From positions 1 through 64,000 of IMG/VR virus record IMGVR_UViG_3300019927_000058: a stretch of 64,000 nt of DNA; one strand, given 5' to 3'. Positions 10,101 to 18,283 of this stretch are shown here, in pieces (the first letter of the stretch is position 1; each line of letters begins with the position of its first letter). Made by a program: the position numbers and the translations under genes. The notes beneath the pieces were generated by a model that saw only the letters and a list, made by a program, of their open reading frames with translations, was not told the origin of the DNA and did no database searches. The stretch comes from a virus.

Positions 10101-11210
10101 CAAGTCTCCTTGAACATCAACAGTATTCTTAAATTCATCACGGATACTCTGCAACTGACTCTTCTTTTCTTCACGTTCCATTCGAGCATTTTCTTCTGCA
10201 ACTCTCGCCTTATTAACTTGGAACTGGTAGTCATTAATAATAGACTCAAGTTCCTTTACAGAATCAGCATTTGCAACGGTTTCGGTAGTTAACTGAGGAA
10301 GTTGATTAAGTCTCTCTTCTTCAATGGCTTCTATTTTGAGCCGAGCTTCCTGAATAGCTAACGAAGCTTCTTCTTGTGTACTTCTTGCCGCTTCCTGCTT
10401 TTCGGTTAATTCTTGAACAGCACTAGAAGCATTACGATACTCATCAGCTAACTGTCGAACCTGTTGCTCTGACTCACCCATCGATTCGGCAAATAGATCC
10501 TGCTCTAAAGCAATGCCACGCAGTTGCTCTTGCATAGTCTCCGAAGGACGCATCATCGCACGGAAAATATTACGAAGACCAGTAGCGGCTACTCTGGCCC
10601 CGAATCCAGTCCGTGTAAGAACACCCATCGCAGCACCGATTTCATCAATCTGAATGCTTAAGTTTGAACCAAGAGCAGCAACACGCCCAAGAACCGGAGC
10701 AAGATCTTCCATCCGGGTTTTACCAAACTGAACAGTCTGGAAAAGCGACTCAGACACATCCTGTGCCTGATCAGCCTCTAACCCATACGTGTTCATCACA
10801 GTCGAAAGCACATCGACAGACGTACCCAACTCTACCCGACCAACAACAGCAAGCTTTGAAGCAGTAGTCAGAAACTCTCTCTGAGCCTCTGTACTCTTTC
10901 CAATACCAGCCGAAACAGACTGATACAGACCCTCAATAACCTCAAGCCTATCAGCCTGAAGGCCCATTTCCGTGTTCAAATCGGAAGTTAATTCACCATA
11001 TCTCTCCTGAGCATTAGACGCTCCCTGAACCAACGTATCAACTTCACGAAAAGCAGCATTGACACGTTCTGCCCTTTGAGATAACGTGAATAAAGCAGCA
11101 CCAGTAAGTGCTGAAGCACCAGTCATCGCAACACCAAGATTTCGGACAGTTGAACTTAATCCTCTAACTACTTCAGTAAGGCCACTGGTAATATCGCCCG
11201 CGCTGGCCAT
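7113..11210 (-). CDS. Tail tape measure protein
   Basis: 1365 aa. The N-terminal ~230 aa resemble the TP901-family tape-measure core as I remember it (LYQSVSAGIG, VMNTYG, LFQTVQFGKTRMEDLAPVLGRVA). A long coiled coil follows, then Gly/Ala/Ile/Val-rich hydrophobic repeats. Confidence 0.85.
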   Translation of the reverse strand: MASAGDITSGLTEVVRGLSSTVRNLGVAMTGASALTGAALFTLSQRAERVNAAFREVDTLVQGASNAQERYGELTSDLNTEMGLQADRLEVIEGLYQSVSAGIGKSTEAQREFLTTASKLAVVGRVELGTSVDVLSTVMNTYGLEADQAQDVSESLFQTVQFGKTRMEDLAPVLGRVAALGSNLSIQIDEIGAAMGVLTRTGFGARVAATGLRNIFRAMMRPSETMQEQLRGIALEQDLFAESMGESEQQVRQLADEYRNASSAVQELTEKQEAARSTQEEASLAIQEARLKIEAIEEERLNQLPQLTTETVANADSVKELESIINDYQFQVNKARVAEENARMEREEKKSQLQSIRDEFKNTVDVQGDLEGGIGNLVLQNQDFVDTLVQLRERTQEQNIAFNELFPRTRALQGALALVGDDGEALTNIFEQMEEGTFDAAESWSKLDESAKENFDSFEEFQNVTEEVTSGDLNSWFKQAQGPQQQLRNSISELQESLASLGRVFTEDLVDTISTFAENVNNLTERFANMEESVRENISEFTILAVTLGLVLGPLLLLGGQIALIAQAMGSMFIPFALLAGSAIGILGGALSNAASGGQEAQTMFQEMRSFLVSLVDVANHLRNVFVEEVLPGMIVAGEGVVAVFAAVFNEVDQSVGGSGNLIRQFGSVIGNIFRAIGNILKNNAQAIGDFAGVVASTFVNVIIPAIQRFASIAVNDVFPQLVATFRSDVIPAVTALWDSFETAILPFIVNTLTNQIIPAVVSLSNTLFNQVIPSISAFIQGNSDAIVKGGTFAAVLIGLSKALGAVVSFVGPIVAKIIAFGSRVVAAGRKVVGLTRFVRSANTALLGMQRASFAARLGLSALGGPIAVIINLFATLAALWIADVGGMRSALAPLVDGITHFGNQMADEVAPAIVSLVTNIVKLGEEITALVTTFLGAGDGIVALEVAMGALRIIIEGLGDAILGIVQAANAVILGLRSLVAFLSGDFQKSARLGKKAIQLMVQGIINIVIGLGQALVGLFGGIIATIVGLVLDLINGIINAFITLAKKVNSNISDLLDDIVSAFANLPQRAAKALVNLGSVIVDAIPTSLEDLENLGDSLAKLGSAMGDAIIAGFNLAKKLGPKLIDALQYLIEDTIDSTTDVASKLAELGSNFAEAISNGVSNIFDGLSGLLDISPSDALDWGRTLIEKIAEGIGKAGKIIKDAIRNAAGKLGKFLPKSPADEGPLSKPNHPEARGKALATDVAKGIEGSESKFEDAVRSLTDTELENISGDVGFDLASMKSKIQEQNIGKGMNTNANQKLSQSSSEDKDKKIEVSEKAIYFEEGAFQGISDEELPMKVREVFDESMRDIVQEIDGAGKQRTN

Positions 11211-11391
11211 TGCTTTGTTATAATCATCAAAACATCGGCCTTTAACGCGATTCCGAGATCACCAACCGGACTAAGAGACAAGGCCATTCACCCCCGTAAA
11301 AAGATTTTCTATGGTTCTTTTACTTGCATGGAATCTGAGCGTCTTTTGATCGACCCCACACAAGAAATCAACAACAGTTCTATCAGGTCTG

Positions 11392-12519
11392 TTATCGTAA
11401 TATTTCTTTAAGTCTATTAATAATTTCATTTCTTTCCTCCCAAGACACATATTCATCGCAAGGAATTTTGCTTCCTAAAACAAGATATGTATAATCCGGG
11501 TATTCATCCATGAAAATTTCCGCTTTATCTACACTACCGTCCGAAACATATCCCTTAACTTCAATCACCACCTCAGATTCAACAATGAAATCGGGCATAT
11601 ACTTCCTATCTCCAATATCAAATCTTTTCGGTTCATAGCAGTAATTCAAATCAGAATTATGAAGTAATAAATCTATTTCCTTTTCCCAACTAGAACGGAC
11701 TGTTCTTTCAGTTTCTTCTACAAACACAGGTTTAGAAATAAGACTTCCATTTATGATGTTATCACTTTCGTATAAATAATCATTATCTCGTTTATTAATA
11801 ACATTTTCCATCATCCATTCTCTATCGCGCTGAGAATGTTGAGTTTCTCCTTTTTCATAATTTTCTTTCATCGTCTGAGATATTTTCTCTCGTCTTTCTT
11901 TGCTTTTATTGGGGTTATCCTCTCCCTCCATATCAGACCCAAAGCAATCGTCATTACAATACTTCGGATACTTTGGATCACCTTTGCTTTTTGGAGTCCA
12001 GTTTTCTTCACCACAATAATCGCAATTATAGTATGTCCCTGCTATTGACTCATCATGCTTATCGTGATGATGCTTACTGACAGATTGTTTTGTGGCAAAA
12101 CTCTTATCACAGGAAGGACATGGATATTTGTTTCCAATTTCATATTCCAATACCCATTTGGAAACAGTTTTCATCCCAACATCCAGTTCATCAGCGATTT
12201 CTGTCACTGTTTTTCCTTGTTCTTCTACTTGCTCTCGCAGGTAGTCTTCATCAAAGTGTTTGAAAGTTCCAGTTTTATTATAAATCTCGCACCACTTAGA
12301 ACAGAATGTGTTTCTTTTCCCATTCCCGAAATCCAACCTCCCACATTCTTCGCATCTATATAGATATGCAAGACTTCCTTCATGATTGTAACCATAATGC
12401 ATTGAAACACCCCGAGATGAATCAAAATCATCATCTCCGCATTCAGGACATTCAATGAAGTTCAATTCATCATCGACACATTCTTCAAGTCGTGCTTGAC
12501 TGAGTGTTTTCTTCCCCAT
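11392..12519 (-). CDS. Free-standing homing-endonuclease-like protein: C2H2 and CxxC..FCSxxC zinc fingers, an HTH, and a C-terminal PD-(D/E)XK nuclease
   Basis: 375 aa. Motifs: CPECG..HYGYNH, CEECG...FCSKWCEIY, an HTH (GKTVTEIADELDVGMKTVSKWV), CPSCDKSF..HHHDKH, and a C-terminal YMPDFIVESEVVIEVKG. The C-terminal ~90 aa align with ORF 49463-50416. Confidence 0.6.
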   Translation of the reverse strand: MGKKTLSQARLEECVDDELNFIECPECGDDDFDSSRGVSMHYGYNHEGSLAYLYRCEECGRLDFGNGKRNTFCSKWCEIYNKTGTFKHFDEDYLREQVEEQGKTVTEIADELDVGMKTVSKWVLEYEIGNKYPCPSCDKSFATKQSVSKHHHDKHDESIAGTYYNCDYCGEENWTPKSKGDPKYPKYCNDDCFGSDMEGEDNPNKSKERREKISQTMKENYEKGETQHSQRDREWMMENVINKRDNDYLYESDNIINGSLISKPVFVEETERTVRSSWEKEIDLLLHNSDLNYCYEPKRFDIGDRKYMPDFIVESEVVIEVKGYVSDGSVDKAEIFMDEYPDYTYLVLGSKIPCDEYVSWEERNEIINRLKEILR

Positions 12520-12653
12520 ACTCTATCTAATAACTACTCACTTATATTTCTTATGCAGTAGTCATAGACTTTAATGATTTTCATTTAATAGTGAGAAGTT
12601 CAGTCAAAATAATTGAATCAAAAACCGCTTCGCATTATCTGAATTTGGTTTAG

Positions 12654-12965
12654 TCATTTATCTTTCTCATCTTCTACTAAATCCACTGCTTCATTCTTCG
12701 CTTCTTTGACCTCTTCAGAATCATAAATATCCATAAATGCGATATAAATCATCCATATAATCAACCCACCAACTCCATAAAAAACTAAATCAATAGGAAT
12801 AGTACCAACAACATTAATATTAGCAGAAATACTTGCACTGGTTTCGATAATTCCCAATGCAAACATCAAACCCACACCAACCAAACTTCCAAAGATAGTA
12901 AGAACGACCGCAAAGATAATTACTTTGCTCGTTGTCCGATTCGTTGTATCCATTCCATTACTCAT
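12654..12965 (-). CDS. Small membrane protein (2 TM) with an acidic tail
   Basis: I chose the ATG at 12965 because the track start at 12974 is GTG. Two hydrophobic helices are present (VIIFAVVLTIFGSLVGVGLMFALGII; LVFYGVGGLIIWMIYIAF). An ATGAGTAA stop/start overlap joins it to the upstream ORF. Confidence 0.55.
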   Translation of the reverse strand: MSNGMDTTNRTTSKVIIFAVVLTIFGSLVGVGLMFALGIIETSASISANINVVGTIPIDLVFYGVGGLIIWMIYIAFMDIYDSEEVKEAKNEAVDLVEDEKDK

Positions 12966-13182
12966 TTTTCTCACCGTATATGTATGCGATTATAAATGCA
13001 ATGAAGGCAAAACCGAGGAGGTATTGCGGTTCTTCTGATACTTCTTTCCGTAAAGTTTTACTCAATCCAATAAAAGCCCCAATAACAGATCCAATTGTAG
13101 CCATATGCATTTCGGAAGAACTTGATAAAGGACCATTATACTCCCATTCGCTTTCAGATGTAGGAAATTTATCTGGTAACAT
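12958..13182 (-). CDS. Small membrane protein (2 TM)
   Basis: I chose the ATG at 13182 because the track start at 13200 is TTG. Helices are ATIGSVIGAFIGL and LLGFAFIAFIIAYIY. Confidence 0.5.
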   Translation of the reverse strand: MLPDKFPTSESEWEYNGPLSSSSEMHMATIGSVIGAFIGLSKTLRKEVSEEPQYLLGFAFIAFIIAYIYGEKNE

Positions 13183-13183
13183 T

Positions 13184-13531
13184 TTAATCAATATCTTCAA
13201 TTACAACTCGTCCGTTCCAAGTAGTTTTGTTTCCACGGGAATCTTCGATTTTTATAATTTCTCTGAACGTTCCTTCTAAATCGCTTGTTACTTCTTTTTC
13301 AACTTTTACTTCAAATTCTCCACCAGCTTCATCTGTTACATCAATATTAACTCCGGTATCAGAATCATCCAACACAATCTCAGATGAAATAGTATCTTTC
13401 AATTGCCAAGTAAAAGTAGCTCCCTGCAAATCAAAATTTTCATCAGAAGAGTCTTCATCCTTAACAACAAATGGGAAGACCCGTGTATCGCCAGAAGGCC
13501 AATCATCTATCGTTTCTATCTGATAAGTCAT
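13184..13531 (-). CDS. Small Ig-like (BppU-N-like) tail accessory protein
   Basis: 115 aa from the ATG at 13531. The pattern GDTRVFPFVV..DLQGATFTWQL...GEFEVKV...GTF is reminiscent of phage Ig-like baseplate and fibre domains. Confidence 0.35.
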   Translation of the reverse strand: MTYQIETIDDWPSGDTRVFPFVVKDEDSSDENFDLQGATFTWQLKDTISSEIVLDDSDTGVNIDVTDEAGGEFEVKVEKEVTSDLEGTFREIIKIEDSRGNKTTWNGRVVIEDID

Positions 13532-14307
13532 CAATTATCACTCACTTGTAAAATTCTTTCTTTATTTTCTATATCCCAATCAATATCTCTTTCATTAACA
13601 ATGCTTCTTGGAAGTTCTCTCACTTCCAATCGAACTACTTTTCCAGAATCTTCAAAGAAAGTAGTTAAAACAACAGTTACAGTTCCTTCAGAACTTCCTT
13701 GATATGCAAAACCTCGGGTTTTCGTATTATTTATATCCAGTTCTGAATCGCTTTGAAGTCCAAAATCAAAAATACGAACTTTCCGAGAAATAATATCTAA
13801 ATCATTAGAAGTAGACTGATAACTCTGTTGAAAGTTTCTTGCCCGTACTATACTTTCATTATAATCCGAAGTAGCATTAGCACTGAAACTTGGAATTCGT
13901 ACCCTATCAACCGAAAGAGACAAAGAAGAATCTCCAATGAAACCTTCCTGAAGGCTTCTGATTTTTGTAATGATTTTTGAAAGGTCAGCAGAAGAAGAAT
14001 AAACACTATCTATCTCCCTCACCCGTGATAGATTTTGAATATAATTTACAGATAAACTCCCTGCAAAAGTAGATAACCTATTCTTTGTGATAATTTGTTC
14101 GTAATTGGCCGAAGAATCAAGATTCAATACTAACTCTAATACTTCAGGTAAGGTTAAAGTTATAACAACTTCACCTGTTGACTCTCCAGAAAACTCTAGT
14201 TCAGAAAGATTAGGGCCGCTTTCTGAATCATTTGTATCGTAGTTATAACTATATGTATAATATAGTCCAACTTCCGCTTCAAGTGTCTCTTCAGATGGTA
14301 CAGGCAT
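13531..14307 (-). CDS. Hypothetical tail-block protein
   Basis: 258-aa ORF, acidic and Ser-rich. No motif was recognised. Confidence 0.5.
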   Translation of the reverse strand: MPVPSEETLEAEVGLYYTYSYNYDTNDSESGPNLSELEFSGESTGEVVITLTLPEVLELVLNLDSSANYEQIITKNRLSTFAGSLSVNYIQNLSRVREIDSVYSSSADLSKIITKIRSLQEGFIGDSSLSLSVDRVRIPSFSANATSDYNESIVRARNFQQSYQSTSNDLDIISRKVRIFDFGLQSDSELDINNTKTRGFAYQGSSEGTVTVVLTTFFEDSGKVVRLEVRELPRSIVNERDIDWDIENKERILQVSDN

Positions 14308-14323
14308 TTTTATATTTTATTAT

Positions 14324-15022
14324 TCAAAATTGAATATCCCATTTTTGACTAAAGTAATCATGAACATTGGACCGAATGGTTTCCTTTGATGTATTATACC
14401 TGATATGCTCGCCAATTTTTGCATTTAAGTAAAAACTAAGTCCATCACGTACTCCTATCCGCAGACTTGTTGATTGACCTGCCCCTTCTGAAACACTTTG
14501 ACTTCCACCGCTATTTACATTATAAATAGTTGTTGATGAAGACTCCCACAAGACTTCCAGTAAGATCGGTGTGTCAACTCCAGACCCCGAAATATTTGCA
14601 TCAGACGAATTTGGTCGAACAGCCCAAGTATCTGCACTATCAACTGATCGGACACTTGGATGACTGTTTCCAATTAGCGAAAAGAGATATTGTGTGTTGG
14701 AAACGTTTCTTGGTTCAAGTACAATAAAATCATGATATGGCGGGTCTACTGTAGAAAGATTGTCTCCTCCAACCCAATCCTCACTGTTTGTTCCTCCTCC
14801 TGCAAAATCACCTGCTTGTAGCCCATTTATTGAAGTGGAAACTCCACTATATCCACCAAGGTCAAGGTTATTTTCATTTCCGCTTTGGTCTGTAACTGGA
14901 AGGCCACCATTTTCTTTGCTCCAATCATACCACATCTGTAAATCTTCTCTATCAGGTATAGGATTGACTATTGAAAAGTTTCTTAATCCCGAAGGTCTAA
15001 GTCCTTCCTTTTTTAATGTCAT
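14324..15022 (-). CDS. Lectin-fold (LamG/ConA-like) fibre protein
   Basis: 232 aa. The N-terminal peptide TLKKEGLRPSGLRNFS resembles that of ORF 16830-17639. The pattern IPD..LQMWYDW...DQSGNENNLDLGG is typical of Laminin_G_3-type proteins. Confidence 0.45.
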   Translation of the reverse strand: MTLKKEGLRPSGLRNFSIVNPIPDREDLQMWYDWSKENGGLPVTDQSGNENNLDLGGYSGVSTSINGLQAGDFAGGGTNSEDWVGGDNLSTVDPPYHDFIVLEPRNVSNTQYLFSLIGNSHPSVRSVDSADTWAVRPNSSDANISGSGVDTPILLEVLWESSSTTIYNVNSGGSQSVSEGAGQSTSLRIGVRDGLSFYLNAKIGEHIRYNTSKETIRSNVHDYFSQKWDIQF

Positions 15023-15168
15023 ACTTTATGTCCTTTAACAAAAATTATATCCCAAACTAACAAATTCCGTTCGGTGGCTCGATGAAGAGCCGAATCATGT
15101 GTACTGTCATTTTATTTTAGTATAGTTTCTAAACCAGTAATGCTCATTGAACCGTTTCCAATGTAGCA

Positions 15169-15189
15169 TCAGAACATGTGTTTTGTCAT
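15169..15189 (-). pseudogene. Seven-codon remnant ORF (ATGACAAAACACATGTTCTGA) behind a duplicated promoter/start junction
   Basis: TATATCAT, then 19 nt, then ACAATGACAA. This mirrors the junction upstream of ORF 15230-16054 (TATATCAT, 23 nt, ACAATGACAA), but the reading frame stops after 6 codons. Confidence 0.3.
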
Positions 15190-15208
15190 TGTTAGTTAGT
15201 AAATTAGA

Positions 15209-15229
15209 ATGATATACCCGAACAGCGAA
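15209..15229 (-). promoter_or_regulatory. Post-stop junction motif TTCGCTGTTCGGGTATATCAT (TATA-like), copy 2
   Basis: It lies immediately after the stop of ORF 15230-16054 and is similar to 16078-16102. Confidence 0.35.
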
Positions 15230-16054
15230 TCACGCGCACCGATTGATTAACTGCTGGACTTCTGATTCTGTGAGGACAGAATCAGCAACAGTTGGGTTAT
15301 CAAGATATCCCTCAAAATCTGTGAAAAATGACCCAGATCCTAATTCGTAATAACCCGTTCCCATTGTTGATAAATCAAGATCGTGCGTTGTCGAGTTTTC
15401 AACTGATCCATCTATCAATATGCGGATTTCGTTACTATCGACGGTTACTGCTTGATGTTGATATGATGTTTCAGAGGGAGTGGTCGTTGCATTAATATTA
15501 ACTTCTGTCCCGCCAACCTGAATAACAGCATTGTAATTGACTGTTGAACCGCTATCTCGTACGATAATTCGCTGTCCAAAGAAATTATCAGAGTCAACTA
15601 CCCAAACTGGACCAGACAGCAGGTTCAATGACGTTGTTGGAATATTTTGAGGTTTGATAAATGTCGCAATTGACGCTTCATTTGCTGTTCCAACCCCCAT
15701 CAAATCAACTGAGTTTTTGGATTCTATACCATCGTCGGTTCCATCAAAATACATTGACAGACTCCCACATCTGGCGTCTGTATCATATGCTGCTCCTGTT
15801 ATGGTACCATCATTAGTTCCGACAGTATCAATTGCGGTTGATGTGTCGCTGTCGTCTTCAAAATCATATTGAGTGATTACGCTGTCGGGTATTTTAGGAT
15901 TAACATCCACTGTAAATGAATAACTATCATTCTCTCCTTGCACAGTAACCGTGTACTCACCCGGCTCCGCATCCGACGTATCCCACGTTAATCTTGAATT
16001 GTACTTCTCTCCTTCGGACAGGGTTACACTGTCTGAATCAACTTTCCTTGTCAT
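15230..16054 (-). CDS. Fibre protein: N-terminal CARDB/Ig-like domain plus a LamG (Laminin_G_3-like) lectin domain
   Basis: 274 aa. Motifs: TWDTSDAEPGEYTVTVQGENDSYSFTVDV, then IPDSVITQYDFEDD...GTNDGTITGA...MYFDGTDDGIE...LTESEVQQL. Confidence 0.6.
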   Translation of the reverse strand: MTRKVDSDSVTLSEGEKYNSRLTWDTSDAEPGEYTVTVQGENDSYSFTVDVNPKIPDSVITQYDFEDDSDTSTAIDTVGTNDGTITGAAYDTDARCGSLSMYFDGTDDGIESKNSVDLMGVGTANEASIATFIKPQNIPTTSLNLLSGPVWVVDSDNFFGQRIIVRDSGSTVNYNAVIQVGGTEVNINATTTPSETSYQHQAVTVDSNEIRILIDGSVENSTTHDLDLSTMGTGYYELGSGSFFTDFEGYLDNPTVADSVLTESEVQQLINRCA

Positions 16055-16077
16055 TGTTGTGTTATTGGTATTTTGTT

Positions 16078-16102
16078 ATGATATACACGGACACCGAAGC
16101 AG
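16078..16102 (-). promoter_or_regulatory. Post-stop junction motif CTGCTTCGGTGTCCGTGTATATCAT; the TATA-like box sits about 27 nt upstream of the ATG at 16054
   Basis: The spacing fits an archaeal TATA box driving a leaderless mRNA. The motif is duplicated at 15209-15229. Confidence 0.4.
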
Positions 16103-16828
16103 TTACTCGGTCCTCCAGAGATCGAGGATTTCCGTCGTGTTTCGAAAAGTCCCTAACTCGATGTTCCCCGAGTCGTAACTTCCGTCCGTGATGAACTGTC
16201 CTGCTGATCCCGTCAGAGTCGTCAGCAGCTCTCCATCACGGTAATTAGAGGCAGAAGACGAACTGGCATCATGTATATCAATAGTGAAATCCCCGTTTGA
16301 CTCGTGGAGAATATCAACCGCCATCCAGTCATCAATAATCACATTTGTCTCAGACGCGACGACTCCTGCGCCGTTAACCTCCAAAAACTCAACTCTATTA
16401 TCGCTATACCCCATCTCAAACTGGTACCCTGTGGGGGTACTGTTCTCCCAACCGAACTTAACCCGTACAACTGGATTGTCCGACCCAGATCCATATTGTG
16501 GATTGATAAAGAAGGAGTGGGTTTTGCCGACCTGTGGATAATTCGGAAGGCCGCTCGAAGAGAGGATATTAGTACTACTGCCTGACGAATCGTATTTGAG
16601 AGAATATGTCCCGTCGAAAACGGGAGCGTTATTGTTGATATCGTATCCCCCAGTATCCCCGCTGAAGTGCGAGAGGTCGTCAGACTCCGGTTGTAAGATC
16701 GGACTGTCGGGTATTGCAAGTGGCGCGTCTGTAATCGCCTCTATCGTCTCTGTCTTCTGGCTGCCACTGTTCTCAGCGATGTAGTGCGCGTCGATTTTCT
16801 CTCCGAGTGTTGCTGTGTAGTCTGTCAT
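16103..16828 (-). CDS. Lectin-fold (ConA-like jelly-roll) fibre protein
   Basis: 241 aa. The pattern FSGDTGGY...FDGTYSLKYDSSG...VRVKFGW...DDWMAVDILHESNGDFTIDI resembles ConA-like proteins. This segment is at the G+C-rich end of the window (spot counts about 52-55%). Confidence 0.45.
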   Translation of the reverse strand: MTDYTATLGEKIDAHYIAENSGSQKTETIEAITDAPLAIPDSPILQPESDDLSHFSGDTGGYDINNNAPVFDGTYSLKYDSSGSSTNILSSSGLPNYPQVGKTHSFFINPQYGSGSDNPVVRVKFGWENSTPTGYQFEMGYSDNRVEFLEVNGAGVVASETNVIIDDWMAVDILHESNGDFTIDIHDASSSSASNYRDGELLTTLTGSAGQFITDGSYDSGNIELGTFRNTTEILDLWRTE

Positions 16829-16829
16829 T

Positions 16830-17639
16830 TTAGTTCACCCGAATGTCGCCGTTGTTGTAGAGATTGGAAACCTCTTGATCTGATAAACGCTTACTATAGA
16901 CTCTCAGATCATCTAATTCGCCAGATAGATAATCAGTTAATGAGCCATTGTTGATACGGGAGCCGAATGCCATATCTTCTCCTTCAAATGAAACATCCTC
17001 CGACGAATTAAGACCGTCATCACTTTTTATATTAGTAGACACTGTTTCTCCGTCAATATAAAATTGAACATCTTGTCCCGGAGAGTCAACTGCAACAGTT
17101 ATATGGTGATAGTTCCCATCTACATATCCCCCGTCTCCTGTAAATTCAACTTCCATAGTATTACTCGAATCGTCCTGAATGAACAGAAACAGTGAACCAG
17201 TTGATTGTGTATCTATTTCTGTTGCATTGATGAAGAACTGGAATCTGGGGTTGTTATCTCCTGTTGGAGTTATCCCAAATGGACATTGTATTGATGTGCC
17301 ACTCGTCTTCACCCAAAATGCATACGTGGTTGGGTTATAATATGTTATGGGTGCGCGTAAGTTATCATCAGTTCCATCGAACGAGTATGCCTCTGCCGTG
17401 GCGTAAGTCTGATTCGCTCCCGTAACTCCAGTTGTCGCTCCGTTGATGGTTCCGTCGTTACTACCCCAAGTGTCAAGAGCAGTGCCAGAATCGGTATCTG
17501 CCGAGTCGAACGTCCACCTACTCACACCGCTATCAGGAATACCAATAGTCGCGCCTTGATTCGTAAGTGCAAATCCCGGTGGGATATTTTCACTTATATT
17601 ACGAATAGAAGAACGGCTTCCACTTGATTTCAGTCCCAT
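16830..17639 (-). CDS. LamG (Laminin_G_3-like) lectin-domain fibre protein
   Basis: 269 aa. Motifs: IPDSGVSRWTFDSADTDSGTALDTWGSNDGTINGA...SFDGTDDNL...FWVK...GELDDLRVYSKRLSDQEVSNLY. Confidence 0.65.
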   Translation of the reverse strand: MGLKSSGSRSSIRNISENIPPGFALTNQGATIGIPDSGVSRWTFDSADTDSGTALDTWGSNDGTINGATTGVTGANQTYATAEAYSFDGTDDNLRAPITYYNPTTYAFWVKTSGTSIQCPFGITPTGDNNPRFQFFINATEIDTQSTGSLFLFIQDDSSNTMEVEFTGDGGYVDGNYHHITVAVDSPGQDVQFYIDGETVSTNIKSDDGLNSSEDVSFEGEDMAFGSRINNGSLTDYLSGELDDLRVYSKRLSDQEVSNLYNNGDIRVN

Positions 17640-17642
17640 GCT

Positions 17643-18281
17643 TTATCGTTCATCTCCATCAACAGCAGTCACTCCTTCAACTGTGTCAACATTGTCAACT
17701 CTAATTCTCCGTGAACCTGAATTAATCATGACACGGTTAAACTGAGAGTGCCAATCAGAACTGAACGTAACATTTCCAGAATCATCAGTTAATTGAGTTG
17801 CAGCAATCCAACTGGTTCCACCATCATCACTGCATTCAATATACAATTCAGCATCAAAATTTGCATATATACCACTAATGATAGCTGCTCCAGTTTCTCC
17901 TGAAGAACCATCGAAGTATGCAATAGTTTCTGCTGAATCTGAAGTTACGTCAACAGTAGAGTCAGTACCAGCACCTCCAGTATCACCATTAACTGTAATA
18001 GTTTCTGAGCTAAAAGTAGAACCGACATTTGCTAGACGGACTCCTTCAACTGTTGTTCCACCAACATTTGTAGTGTCAACGTAGCTCGTACTATTTGCAG
18101 CTACACGGTCTAGTTCAACATTATTAGTATCATAAAGAACAACACTACCAGAGTCAATACTTTGTGTCTGAACAGAAACTTCACTACTGCTTGGAGTAAC
18201 CGAAATTCCTGTTGCAATCGGACTAGTACCAGTTGACCAAGTTTGAATTTGGTTCGGGGTAAAAGGATCATTTCGTGCCAT
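17643..18281 (-). CDS. Fibre-block protein sharing a roughly 90-aa domain with the putative major tail protein
   Basis: 212 aa. Residues ~20-112 (VVLYDTNNVELDRVAANSTSYVDTTNVGGTTVEGVRLANVGSTFSSETITVNGDTGGAGTDSTVDV) align with residues ~172-258 of ORF 23895-25091. Confidence 0.55.
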   Translation of the reverse strand: MARNDPFTPNQIQTWSTGTSPIATGISVTPSSSEVSVQTQSIDSGSVVLYDTNNVELDRVAANSTSYVDTTNVGGTTVEGVRLANVGSTFSSETITVNGDTGGAGTDSTVDVTSDSAETIAYFDGSSGETGAAIISGIYANFDAELYIECSDDGGTSWIAATQLTDDSGNVTFSSDWHSQFNRVMINSGSRRIRVDNVDTVEGVTAVDGDER

Positions 18282-18283
18282 TT

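Noticed and set aside
15230-17640. A G+C-rich island as proof of recent horizontal acquisition of the LamG fibre genes.
   Set aside because: My spot counts show similarly high G+C (~50%) in the capsid gene and the tape-measure N-terminus, so elevated G+C is not unique to this segment. I kept only the duplicated junction motif as evidence of cassette exchange.
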